From Paraspadella gotoi (Eukaryota; Animalia; Chaetognatha), in contig CM119270.1 of assembly GCA_051294375.1 (NCBI GenBank), positions 11,404,141-11,468,140 of the forward strand: a DNA stretch of 64,000 bases, written 5' to 3'. Below, piece after piece: positions 41,701 to 52,927 of this stretch; position 1 is the first letter of the stretch; each line of letters begins with the position of its first letter. The notes under the pieces are model-generated. The model made no database searches, was not told the DNA's origin, and saw nothing but the letters and a program-made list of their open reading frames with translations. A program made the position numbers and the translations under genes.

Positions 41701-44361
41701 AACAACTGCTGAAGGTATCGTTTGTTGTCTTATACAGTGTTTTTCATTATTCGCATTTCTCCTTCACTCACATGCTTTTGTACCGTGGAGTCCAGTGATT
41801 ATCCCAGGCTCATTCAATCGTAATATAATTAATAAGCGTTTCTTCCTTATTTTAGTCGGTATGAATCAGTGTTAAGTGTAATTTTTATATGAAAAAAATA
41901 ACAAATTAAACATTTTTGCAATAATTTTTAACCTTTGTAAATTAGGATTTAAAATCTCTGTTCATAAGCGCTAAAGCTTTACAGAGAGACCAAAACTACC
42001 ATTAGAATATGCAATTATTTTGATTTTGAGATCTATAAGGCTCGCTTCACATCGCACTGTAAAAAGAAAACACAATTTTTTTAAACAAACACAGACGTGA
42101 CTCAATGAGACATAGATAAGCCATTTCTATCTTCAGCGTCTAACTTGAATCTCACCGAGAACGTGAGTGTTTAATGTGGCTAAAAATTCTGAAATTTTAT
42201 AAGTCAAAGCAATACTAACAATCAAATAAAAACGGTCTTCAAGACAAAATTCTATGACTTTATGTCATACCGGCATCTTTAAGAGAGACGCTTTCCGTAC
42301 TTTCGAAAAAAAAAAATTGTTAGAGCAGAGTTAAATCCTTGGTACATTTTCATGATCTTTTCCTATAGTTAACAAACTTTCTCATAATCTTTTCTCGATC
42401 TTTCTTAAGTCTTGTGTATGCTATACATGATCTCATCATTTGAGCATAGCTTAACTGATAAATATTACCTAGAGGTTTATCAACTCTGCCAAAATTGATG
42501 TAGAAAAATAAATAAAACATAAAATGTTTAAGCCAACTCAATGTTAAAACTTCGTTTTCGTTAATTAAAAGAAATATTTATTCGTCTTCAGCGCTCCGCA
42601 TGAAATAGTAATTAAATAGATTAATTTAACGATTTGATTCTGGTGAGCAAACATCAGCTAATATATTTTGATGCTTTTTTTTACCAAGTAGAAGAGTTTT
42701 GTTTTCTTTGAACAGCGTTTAGTTTATTGAATCTGACATCTTTCGGTTTATTAATTCAAACCTTCATCAGCGCGCTAAACTAATAAACCGAAACATGTAC
42801 GATTCAATAAACTAAATGTTGTTCAAAGAAAACAAAACTCTTTCACTTTGTAATTAATTTTACAATCAACGTAATGAAAGGAAACTATCTAACCATACTT
42901 TTTTTAAAAAATAAAGTTAGATGGTGTTTGATTTTGCCCCCCAAAATATTAAGAATCGAATAATGTATTAGAAATATTATATAAAAGTATTTCAAATAGA
43001 CTTTTTTCTTTGAATTTTAAAACTTTTATAATTATGATGATGTTGTTGTCTCGCTTATGATTTATTCAGTGATTCCTGCTAGCAACCCCAGCGACTCATC
43101 GCAGGGAGATACACGAAGTGTCGTGACTGAAACGTACGGACCCAGAATCGGAACAGGTAATCTACTTTGTCCCTTTGTCACTTTGTCCGAATGTCCGTCA
43201 CACGAATATACAGTAAAATATAAATATTTTCCTTGACAGAGGTTCACCCGGAGTTTTTTGTTTTTTTACTGGCTTTTTAAATTAATATTATTGTAATAAT
43301 TTCACCATACATCATAAATTTCCTTTTGTATTCCCCCGTAACTAATTAACTCGAAGAAATAATTCACACTTCTAATTTCAGAGCACGCAATAGCAGTGGC
43401 CATTGGAATTGCGCTAGTAATGCTCATCGTTGTTGTCATTTCGTGGTACGTCATGAAATATCAGAGGTAAGTCGGTTCAAATCCAAAGTCTGTCAGAAAT
43501 TTGCCTTACAGCAGAATGTAAATGAGTTTTTTGTTTCATTACAGCCACAAGCGTCGCTCGGATTCGGACGCCGACTCTCAAAGTGACGAAGACGACGTCG
43601 ACTTTCGCCCGGACTTAATCCACGATTGCGACGCAGACCACAGTATGTTTTTTTATGTTTTTATCTTTTTATTTTGTGGTTTTATATTCATTCTCGCACC
43701 CACCCTACAGACCCCGTGTCAGACGCCCGCCGCCCGCGCCGCGAACTTACCCTCGGTCGCCGCGGCAGGATTCTGGCGCCGCTGTCGTCGTCGTCGTCCA
43801 GGGCGTCTTCGTCGCGATACATCTGCGCGCCGAGCAGACCGTCCGGCGAAAGGGGTGACGGACAGGGGTGAGTAGAAATCGGGGGCCAGAGGGGTGATTG
43901 ATGATGGGGGAAGAGGGTATTGTGAGGAATTGTGACAAGGAGAAACATGGAAGAGATTGGAGAGAGAGAAGCCATGAGAGACGTAAAGTAGTGGAATGGA
44001 AGTTGAGGGGAGGCTGATTCTTAAAAGCCAAGTCAAGTAGAGTGGATGAAGCTTTTAAACGCAATGCGAAGTCATGATTAAATTTAGTGACGCGATTGAT
44101 TGAGTAGCTTTGATCAAGGATGATCTAAAGTCGCTCACAACCGAAATTCTATCTTCTTCTTCCTTTCACGGTCACAGATTCACTGCCACCGCCTCACCCG
44201 ACGAACGAACCGTCACAGTCGACAACTACTACAACAACTTTCACGAAAAAACCGCCACCGTCACGTACAAAGTGGCCACAAAAAATATCGCCCCTCAATA
44301 CGGACCCGCCAGAACTCACCGGCCTGGAAATCACCGACCCGGAATGCCCGGACCCAGCTGA
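36177..44361 (+). CDS. Spliced gene: type I single-pass membrane protein with one SUEL/rhamnose-binding-lectin-like (Gal_Lectin) domain; best-preserved copy
   Basis: Eight AG/GT-bounded exons join in one frame with matching phases: 36177-36300, 40635-40725, 41422-41503, 43070-43156, 43382-43466, 43545-43642, 43711-43867, 44178-44361 (TGA). The translation is DAKIESECSNSYFIRALPLRCEKGTTIKILSAFYGWWFANRDHGCSFRPGDCTRNTTQPRRCNGKQNCLVKVEYGFSWWGPCDPSMHDYLQVHYECIP (8 Cys; LxCxxGxxIxIxSAxYG, CxGKxxC and PC...YLxVxYxC patterns typical of SUEL domains). It continues with an S/T-rich stalk, a TM segment AIAVAIGIALVMLIVVVISWYVM, then KYQSHKRRSDSDADSQSDEDD... and ends ...GMPGPS*. Confidence 0.85.
38471..38497. 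promoter_or_regulatory. Four tandem TGACCT(T) units = overlapping DR1 nuclear-receptor half-site array (duplicate at 22807-22833)
   Basis: TGACCTTTGACCTTTGACCTTTGACCT read directly; function is not shown. Confidence 0.35.
40750..41355. mobile_element. ~600-bp foldback (whole-length palindromic) non-autonomous DNA transposon, Mutator/MULE-like, in a lectin-gene intron
   Basis: Ends are AAGGCGTAGTGAAA / TTTTACTACGCCTT, with inner arms TCATTAAGTGGGTTAAAAATTAAAAAA / TTTTTTAATTTTTACCCACTTAATGA. The direct repeat ATTGTCTAAT flanks both sides (40740-40749, 41356-41365), giving a TSD of 8-10 bp depending on end placement. The superfamily is inferred from TSD length and long TIRs. Confidence 0.75.
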
Positions 44362-46610
44362 GGCTTCAAGGGTCTGTCGCGGGTTCGAAGGAGGCTCTAG
44401 CGGGAGCCCCATGGGGTTTGTGGGTGTAATGTCTCGCTGATTCGGACTCGGGAAGTAATGTCGATGAAAATCCCCTTTTTGGTCAACCAATAAGAATTTT
44501 AATTAAAGTTTTGGTAATTTGGATAATGGACGACCGATTAGCAGACTAACTCTCGGTGGGTAAAAACTATGATCTTTACCACAAAATCGAGGGGCGCCTA
44601 CCAGACACTTACCCTCCACTTACCTAGAAGAAAACCAGCCGGTCGAAGCCTAGACCCTTCTGATCACACTGCCCTTCCTCACAGACGGGAATTGAAACGT
44701 TGATCGATAATAGATGGTGAAAATACTATCGTTAGTTGTAGATTTATTAATATCATTGTAATAGTTCTTTTTTTAAATCTTTCCAAACTTTTTCAAACGC
44801 AGCTATCGATTTTTTTTCAATCAAACACTAGACGTATAACTCCTTTTACGAGAAAGTGAATCTATTTCAAATCATGTTAAACTTTGCGATTGTGGCGTAT
44901 AATTTTAAAAAAAAAGTATTTGTACTATTTTTGACCCCCTTTTTTCGGTTTCTTTCCTCGTCCACTAATAAGTTTTAGTGCCCTCAAAAATCATTTTCGT
45001 ATAAATTACCGAAAAAACTAAATAAAAAAAAAGATATCCCGTGTAAACGATCGCCTTCATGCTTTTTCTCCCCTCACTCTGTCTTTGTTCTCCCATTAAA
45101 ACAAATCAATAGCGATGATCTTAAAAAAGAAAAAAATGACTATTTGCTCCGTGGTAGATTATCTCTCTTTCGTTATTCGTTGCCTTCTGATGACAAAAAC
45201 AACACAAACATTGATCATTTGTAGCTTTAAAAAAAAACGCTATTAATGTGAATCTCACCCTTTCTCCATTTTCGCCCCTGCCCTTTTTCCAATACATTAG
45301 ATTATTAATTATTGATATTCTAAATTTGAATCGAGACAAAATTTAAATCATGCCAAAGTGCGCGCGCGTGTTTCGTCTCTCTCTCTTTTAATAAAAAGAA
45401 AACAAAAAAAGAAAATAACGTTAAATGTTTGTTCTGCTCACTCGTAAAAGTGTTTTTTGAATCAGGCTTTTGAAAACGACGTTTTTTCCTTATTTAATTT
45501 AGAGCGTATAAAATTTAATATTTGTCCCCAAAACAATATTTTTGACAATGTTTAGTTCCTTGCAAAATTAAAAAAAATCAATATTCGTGTCATACGACTT
45601 TTATTTTGTAAGAGATAATTCTCAAAATAGACTCAATAATTCTCAAAATTAAATTAGTTAGGCCAAGTAGATATTAAATTATATTTTGAGCTATCAAGAG
45701 TTAAGATTTATCTTTCGAAAAATGAGTATATCTAAATCAACTGACTCAAATCATCCTGAACTTTCCTTCTTGATTTCTATCAATGTTTTTCTCGGTGCCA
45801 TGTACAATTGTATTAATCTTAAAATAAAGTGGTAAATATTCAGTATTTACTATTATATCACTATTATTCTATATAATTATTAAACATTTGAAATTATTGG
45901 AAAAGCATGGTTGCTGTTTTGTTTAAAGAGGGAAAGTACTACGAGCGCTAACGGTTGTAACTCACTCTAGTTGTGTTTATAATAACTATTTTTATTGGAA
46001 ACAACTAGTGTGAAATTAGTACAACCAATAAAAATTATCAATTCATTTGATAAATAAGCTATCTTGGCCCTAACTTTGGACAGGCTATGGTGGGTGAGGG
46101 GGCAGACTACAGTCAGATCCGAAGTTGCGAAGCAAAGAAATAACAGGGGGTAATTTGTCCTGTCTGTCTGGCTCTAAACTATATCAATATTATTTTTTTA
46201 GAAGAAGAAAATCCATGTTTACTGCGCTTTTCCTCTAAAAAGTCAGACAGTTTGTGTACGTACACCTGGGCCAAAACGAGTGATACATGATAAATCACTG
46301 TCATTCTTCCCTTTATCTATCTCGCAAAAATAGCTTAAATTTGAAACCTCTCTTTAATAAGAATAAAAAAGATATAATCAAAGAGTCTTCAGCGATAAAT
46401 ATTATATTAATAATAAAATAAAATGTATGGTACAAGCAACAATGTTTTGAAAAAAGTAATCGAGACGAAACAAATCCCATGCAACTGGAGTTTTTGATTG
46501 TGACTGAAATCTGCTAATCGAATGGCATCTGGGATTCAATATACTAAACTACATTCTCGATTGGTCGTAATCAAGCTTTCATATTGTCAAGGTCTTCGAA
46601 GACGATGTTC

Positions 46611-47464
46611 TCAAAATGGCCGCCATATTGGTGAGATCATATCCGTTCTTCCGTTCTGCTGCTGTTGCTGTTGCTCCCCCTCCCTCTCCATCGATCTCTC
46701 CAATGAGACGACCTCCAAATCCTCTTCCTCTTCCTCCTCCTCGAACTCTCGCCTCCTCGGGTTCTCTTCTCCAGAGCGACGCCGACACTGACGCTTGTTG
46801 TCTCCGCCTTGTTGTTGTCGTTGTCCTCGGTTGATCTCGTCTTCCTCTCCGTCCTCTTCGTCGCAGAAACTCTCCCGCGGCCGCTTTTTGTAGGGAATCG
46901 TCTCCAGGGGACGGGAAGACGACGCCGCCGCGGCGACGGCAGTCCCCGAGGCCGCCGCAGACGCTTCTCCGGACTCTCTGAGCGTCGGATACGAGGAGAC
47001 GCCGACGAGCGACCCCGAGGATCGAGGAAAAGACGCCGCCGTCGCCGACACGCGACGAGGTTCGGTCTTTACGACGACGGCGTCGGATCGACGATCGAGT
47101 TTGGAAAAGAGGGTCACCGGACGAGGAGGTTGGGGATGCTGTTGAGGATGATGCGGTTGGGGATACTGTTGAGGATGATGCGGTTGAAGATGCTGTTGAG
47201 GATGATGCGGCTGGGGATGCTGAGGAAGACGAGGTTGAGAGAGTTCGCGATGACGGTCGTTCGGTTTGAACGCTTTGAGATCTTCTTCCTCGTGGGTGGA
47301 TTTGTTGTTATTGTTTACCACGCTGGTGTTGTTGTTGTTGTTGTTGGGCGGGGAGGAAAAAGGAGGAACGGAGGCGGAGGGTTTCGAGGTTTGAGGAGGA
47401 GAGGAGGAAAGGATGGCACCGGGAGGAAGAACAGTTGTCAAGACGACCGTATAGTCGGTTGAGC
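46611..47464 (-). CDS. Terminal exon of a P/S/T/Q-rich transcription-factor-like protein ending IWRPF (Groucho/TLE-binding WRPW/WRPY-type motif); probably Runx/lozenge-like
   Basis: Strong acceptor TTTTCTTTTCTTTCACCAG on the - strand (AG at 47466-47465). The open frame runs (G)STDYTVVLTTVLPPG...NNNNNN...PQPHHPQQH repeats...VKTEP...PYKKRP...QQQQQQNGRTDMISPIWRPF* with TGA at 46613-46611. No DNA-binding domain is visible, so the family is inferred from the C-terminal motif. Confidence 0.75.
47127..47222 (-). repeat. Coding 27-bp minisatellite encoding (PQPHHPQQH)n in the IWRPF exon
   Basis: + strand GATGCTGTTGAGGATGATGCGGTTGGG-like units, ~3.5 copies. Confidence 0.85.
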
Positions 47465-47684
47465 CTGGTGAAAGAAAAGAAAATGAGAAATTAATTAATC
47501 GATATTAGCTTTCACAGCATGTATTAAAATATTACTTTTTAAAGTTTTGAAGCATAAACTTTAGAAACAATAACTAAAAATTACAAAATAGAAACCAATT
47601 CATATTAAAAATAATCAAATATATTAAAACATTAAAGAAATCAAACAAAAAAAGAAAACGAAAGAGCCGCGTTTCGCCTCTCAC

Positions 47685-48064
47685 CTCTTCTCGATTTCCC
47701 GTCCACCGACGACGGCGACGAATTGGCGCTGCTCGTGGCGCTGGGCGGCGTCGTCGAGGGCGACGCCGGCCCATCTCTCTTCATTCCGACGTCGTGCGGC
47801 GCCGATGGCGACATCGACCGGATGGGGATGGGCGCGGGAAAGACGGCGCCGTTGACCGGAAGCAACGAAGACGACGACGTGGCTTTGGCTCGAGGAGAAT
47901 GAACGCCGGTCGGTGGCTCGCTGCTAAAGTCTGGAAGACGAGCGCCGCCCCACGCGGCGCCCGGTTGCGTGGGCGTCGTGCGCAGAAGGCCAGACGTGGG
48001 CGTGGAACGATGTTGACCGCCGGAAGTGGGCGTGGAAACGTTGTTGTNNNNNNNNNNGAAACAG
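47685..48064 (-). CDS. Penultimate exon of the IWRPF-ending gene (contains a 10-N gap)
   Basis: Acceptor CCTTTTCTTCTACAG (AG 48066-48065) and donor AG|GTGAG (GT 47684-47683). The open frame NNVSTPTSGGQHRSTPTSGLL...PAPIPIRSMSPSAP...SSPSSVDGKSRR ends in phase 1 and splices in frame to the terminal exon. Confidence 0.7.
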
Positions 48065-48894
48065 CTGTAGAAGAAAAGGAGATTTCTTTGTTAAATACAA
48101 GCTTTTTTTAAAACGTTTATAAATGTTTAATCATATTAAATTTAAATATAAATTAATGTAGAGCACAGCAGTTCACACTTCACAGTTTATGACAAAAAGG
48201 AATGTTATTAGATTATTTTGGAAAGGAAAATATACGTCGCTTGTCTTTTGTTTTTAATTGATAGTTCGAAGGAACCGCGAGAGACGCCACTTTCTAAATA
48301 GTCGACCGTTGCGTGGAGGAAAAAACATAAGAGCACTTCAGAATTTTGAAAGTCTTACATGCTACGTTATACTTATAGTATACTTATAGTGCTGTTAAAC
48401 TTATAGTGCTGTCTGCTGTGACTTTTACGACGAGCATTTTGATTGAATGCATTTTAAGAACATTTTTTTCGTCATAAATATGCGACAGGCGAGAAAACAC
48501 GCAAAAAGTAAATATTCTCGCAAATTCAATTCCTCGATTAGGATTATTATTTTATAAGGATCGAATCGGATACAATCCGCCCCGCGGCGCCCTCTCGCCT
48601 CCAACTCAACCGAACTCGAATAAAAACTCCTTTTACGATCTCTAAAATGCGTCGCTCGAGGCGAAAAGTCCTACAGGGGGCAAAGGTGGAAGGGCTGAGT
48701 CGCGAGGGGAGGGACGACGGTAAGGGGTAAAGAAGTGGGGGAAAGTTGGAGGTGGAGAGTTAAAAAGGATAGAAACGGTTCGATAAGAGAGAGAGATCCA
48801 AGTTGATAGCGCAGCGGGAGGAAAGAATGGGGGGAAGGATAATCGAAGGTTAGGAGAGGTGGGAGAAAAAGAGAGAGAGAGAGAGAGGAGAGAG

Positions 48895-48964
<70 letters not shown>

Positions 48965-49066
48965 TGGACCCATGAAGTCACAAGGGCAGTCGTTGCCGCC
49001 AACGCGGCATAAATCGCTGTTGGGTCCAGACTTTTCTTATCGCCAAATCCGCGCCTCTTGCGAGCT

Positions 49067-49160
49067 GCCGTCTCGATGCCGTCTCCATGCCGTCTCGATG
49101 CCGTCCTGATAAAGTCTCAATGCCGTCTCGATGCCGTTTCGAATCGGTCTCTACCGTCTC
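49067..49160 (+). repeat. 11-bp degenerate minisatellite
   Basis: (GCCGTCTCGAT)n, ~8 degenerate units. Confidence 0.8.
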
Positions 49161-50583
49161 GGCCCCCGGATCGCCGCGTATGTGAAAAGAACACAATGGA
49201 AACCAACGATTGTGACCGAAATCCATAAACTCGATTTCGCTCCTTACTTTTATTGGCGAACTCACCCGACGCCGACGCGAAAATCAAAAAGTTGGAATCG
49301 TCGCTCACCCCCGCCGCCGCGCAGACCCCCAAACTCGCCCTTTTCATTATCGCCCTTTTAACTTACCTTAACTCCCCCTTCCCCGTTCTACTTTCGTTTC
49401 CGCTTGCTCTTTTTTCATTCCTAAAGAGCCTTCGTCGCCTATCCCTCACCCAAGCGCCCCTTACCGCCATCCCCTCGCCCTCCCCCACGCTTCCCCTGGC
49501 CGTCCGTTCCATTTTTCGCGGGTTAAGTTCTGCTTCGCTCGTTAATCTAAAACTTCCTTTCATTCGAAACAAGAGACTGAAAAAGAAAACGCTTGCCCCC
49601 TTCGCGATGACCCACGGGTGAGGTTTTAGGGAAGGAAAAGGTGAGGAGCGGGTGACGTTTTTTTGGCCGGGGGTGGCGAGGAACGGAAGGGAGGGGCGGG
49701 TGAGGAAAGAACGAGATGACCCCGAGGTAAGGTCGAACGAAAAGGGGAAGCGATGCTGCGGAAGGAAGTGAAGGGGAAGTTTTAAAGAAATGGTAATACT
49801 TGCCCCGAAAGATCGACTCTAGGGTTAGGGTTAGGGTTTAACTAACTTGTTCGAGTTGGGGAAGGGATTAAAATGGGATACTGGTACTGAATTTAATAGG
49901 AAGGGTAAGAAAAGAGAATACGACCTTATTTTAAGAGAGGACGAGACAGATCGACGGTTGTTGTTGTTGTTGTTTATTAATTAAACGATAATCATACTGA
50001 TGTTGACGATAGCATTGATGAAAAATTAAAAAAAAAACAAATTATTGGGAAAAAAAAAACTAAGAAAGAAGTCAAGGAAAAATCTCGCGTGAGACTTTAA
50101 ATTCCTCATTTCCGCGTGACAGAAAATGTTCGCTTGTAGCATAAATTGTAAAAAAAATGTGAAATCGTGAATCACATCACGATAAATGAAAAATGTAAAA
50201 AAAAAATCTCCTCCGGACTCAATCGATCAAATCGTCTCGTCTTCGTCGTCGTCGTCGTCATCGTCTTTTTTTATGCTTTTTTGTTGTCTCTACTTTTTTG
50301 TATACATTATTGCTCTTTAAATTCGATCCTTAGTTCAAAGCGATAAAAATCACCGCATCACAATTCACTAATCACCAACACAAACACAAAAACAGGAGAA
50401 CAATGAAACAAGAAAGGAAAGTGAAACAATTTAATATGTTCTAATGTATCACAATAGAAAAGCTTAAGATTCTAGATATCACGAAACAGTGAGAAACAGA
50501 ATTCACAAAAGGAAAAAAATCGCAAAAAAATGAGAAATTCCAATCACAAGCGAAAAAAAAGAGAAAAGAAAAAAGAATCTCGT

Positions 50584-50700
50584 CGCGACAAATCGCAACC
50601 TGACAAGGGACAAGATAAATTACAAGGCGACAAATCACAGGCCGACAAATCACAAGCCGACAACGCTAGAGATATTTCACAACGCGACAAATCACGACAA
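50584..50700 (+). repeat. Degenerate ~15-bp repeat
   Basis: (CGACAAATCACAAGC)-like units. Confidence 0.7.
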
Positions 50701-51225
50701 AACCCTTTCACGACGAATCACCGCACGAGCCCGTCTCTTCTTTTTCACTTTTTGTCCGACCGAAAAATCTCTTTTCCTTTTAATTTTTATTCATTTTAAA
50801 TTAAAATTTTGTGCGCAGGGCCGTTCTCTCTCTCTCTAACTCCCCCCCTCTCTCTCTCTCCCTCTTTCTCTCCCTCTCCCCTTCTGTCTCCCTCTCTCTC
50901 TCGTAAAACGCACGCGGGGAGAAAATGGAGGAAAATGAAGAAACAATAAAAATAATGAGGGTTCGTGTCTGAATCTTTAAATAAAAAAATAGAAAAAATA
51001 TTTGTTTTAAAAGATGATGATTGGAAGAAGGTGATTTATTTAAAGTCTATAAAAAAGATTAGAGTTAAAATTCATTCCCATTTCTGTTTAGAAATAAACG
51101 TTTGTAAGTCTTGCTGCTACGTTGTTTGGGACGCTAATGACGCTCTCATTCTCTCTGTATCTCTTTCTCTTTATCTCTTTTTCTCTCTTTTTCTTTATCT
51201 CTCTTTCTCTTTATCTTTCTTTCGA

Positions 51226-51260
<35 letters not shown>

Positions 51261-51646
51261 TTCTCTCTCTCTCTCTGTGTGTTGTTCCCCAGTTTGTGTT
51301 TCCCATCTGCCACGGGATCCAACAACAACTTCAAAAAAGGGGAAAATCCTTCTCGCCCTTATCCTCCAGTTACATCCGGGTCTCCACGCGTCCGCGTCAC
51401 GGTGACGATTGGCGTCGCAGGGCGTGACGCGTTTCGTGGCGCGTGGCGCGTCAAGCGTCGCCGAATCACAAAAGAACAAGAATGGCGTGAAGCCTTGTTT
51501 TTTTGTTCCAGTGGAAAACAACAACAGAAATGAAAAAAGGATAAAACAATTTAATATATAAAAAGTAAAAAACTTTATTTAGTCTGAAGCAACAACCAAA
51601 GGTTTTAAACTAACCAACCAAACGATCCAATTCTAAGGTTAATGTA

Positions 51647-52276
51647 CTATCTAGGAAAAAAGTTAGAAACATTTTTTTTAAAAGTTCATTTATTTCAATA
51701 AAACATATACAAAAGCATGGGTAAAACATTCTCTAATATTTGGGTTGCCCTCCTCATCGGCATCGACCCACTGCCTGCCATTCTGTCTGGCATGCTCTCG
51801 TAAAAGCGAATTGGAGGTACGAAGGTGAATGTTTTTTCGCAGCACCTTTAGCGCATTCTTTTTCAGCCCCGATGTTAATTGTTTGCGCGTCTATTGCTGA
51901 TGAATTGTTGCGTCTTTCCCTCTTATTCTCAGAGGCTACAATTGCACCTTTATGAACAAGAGAGGGGCATGTCTATTCGGGCATAACCAAATTTAAAAAA
52001 AAAATGAAAAAAATAACTAACTCAATTTGAATGAAAATACAACGCAAGAAAGGGAAACCTAAGGCGATTTTTTCCGCATTTTTCACTGAGGTAGCAAGTC
52101 TTATTTTTGCCTCTAACTTCTATAACGGTTGGATCTACGAATAAATGGAGCGAAGCAACTGAAGGAAATTTAGTGTAGAATACTGAAACATCCTGAATTT
52201 TTTATTTAAAATCGAGACCAAGTTTTTCCAGTAGATATCCTCATTAAAAAATGTTTCTAACTTTTTGCCTAGATAG
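51647..52276 (-). mobile_element. Internally deleted Tc1-family transposon (630 bp), TA target duplication
   Basis: TIRs are CTATCTAGGAAAAAAGTTAGAAACATTTTT / AAAAATGTTTCTAACTTTTTGCCTAGATAG, flanked by TA on both sides. The - strand retains a frameshifted transposase C-terminus (consensus with the second copy ~ALKAAWKNISPSYLQSLYESMPD..QAVVDA.G..TKY*), the typical Tc1 ending, plus an N-terminal-like KGAIVAL stretch. An empty site is visible at 53926-53927. Confidence 0.85.
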
Positions 52277-52658
52277 TACATATGCATGTCGTCTTGAAGA
52301 ATCCTGAAATGTAACTTCATTTACAATACTCCCTTACAATTTGACAGCAAACGCTCAAAACCACTCGCTTGCCGGTGGCCACACATAATGGCCGATGGGC
52401 CACTTCACCCATTATCCTCATTTTATTTGCAATGGACAATAAATATTTAATCAATAAACAACGATTGCCTTCCATCGACCGGGATGGCTAATCAAATGGG
52501 ACTCTCAATCCACGATGGCCAATCAACTCATTAAGCCTTCCTCGTTGCCGATTCAATTCCATCTATTTATTTAAAGTATTTTCTCTGGGCGCTCTGCTGA
52601 TTCGTGACTTTTTATTATTAATTTGAAGCGCCTCACGCTCTCTCTCTCTTTCTCTCAC

Positions 52659-52778
52659 CAGATGGCGATGGCAGCGGCGGCGTGAAGTGTGGTGTTGGCG
52701 TCACGTGAGCGTGGGGAGTGGCGGAGGTTGAGGGAACCGGAAGAGCAGCCGATGGTGGCGCCGTGAGCGCCGGTCGAG
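52659..52778 (-). CDS. 3' part of the same proline-rich exon (copy A, cut by an N gap)
   Basis: Reads RPALTAPPSAALPVPSTSATPHAHVTPTPHFTPPLPSPS then a GTGAG donor; the 5' part is lost in the gap at 52779-52788. Confidence 0.45.
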
Positions 52779-52867
52779 NNNNNNNNNNGATAGAGGAGAG
52801 GTCAATGCGACCAAGCGAGGTTAACTGGTTCAAAGTAAAGACAATGATGAACGATGGAGATGGGGGT

Positions 52868-52927
<60 letters not shown>

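Larger units (their letters stand above)
15560..47250 (+). repeat. ~16-kb direct tandem duplication (copy 1 ~15560-31770, copy 2 ~31780-47250)
   Basis: Colinear matches throughout, e.g. 15578 GTAGACGCGGGATTTAGACG = 31793; 16567 GGAAAACAGAGAAAGTTAGGTG = 32499; 31745-31770 ~ 47225-47250. Differences are dominated by 1-2 nt indels. Confidence 0.95.

Noticed and set aside
46809-47462. + strand 217-aa ORF (and 47794-48111)
   Set aside because: These are antisense shadows of the GC-rich - strand exons, which have the splice sites and the terminal motif.
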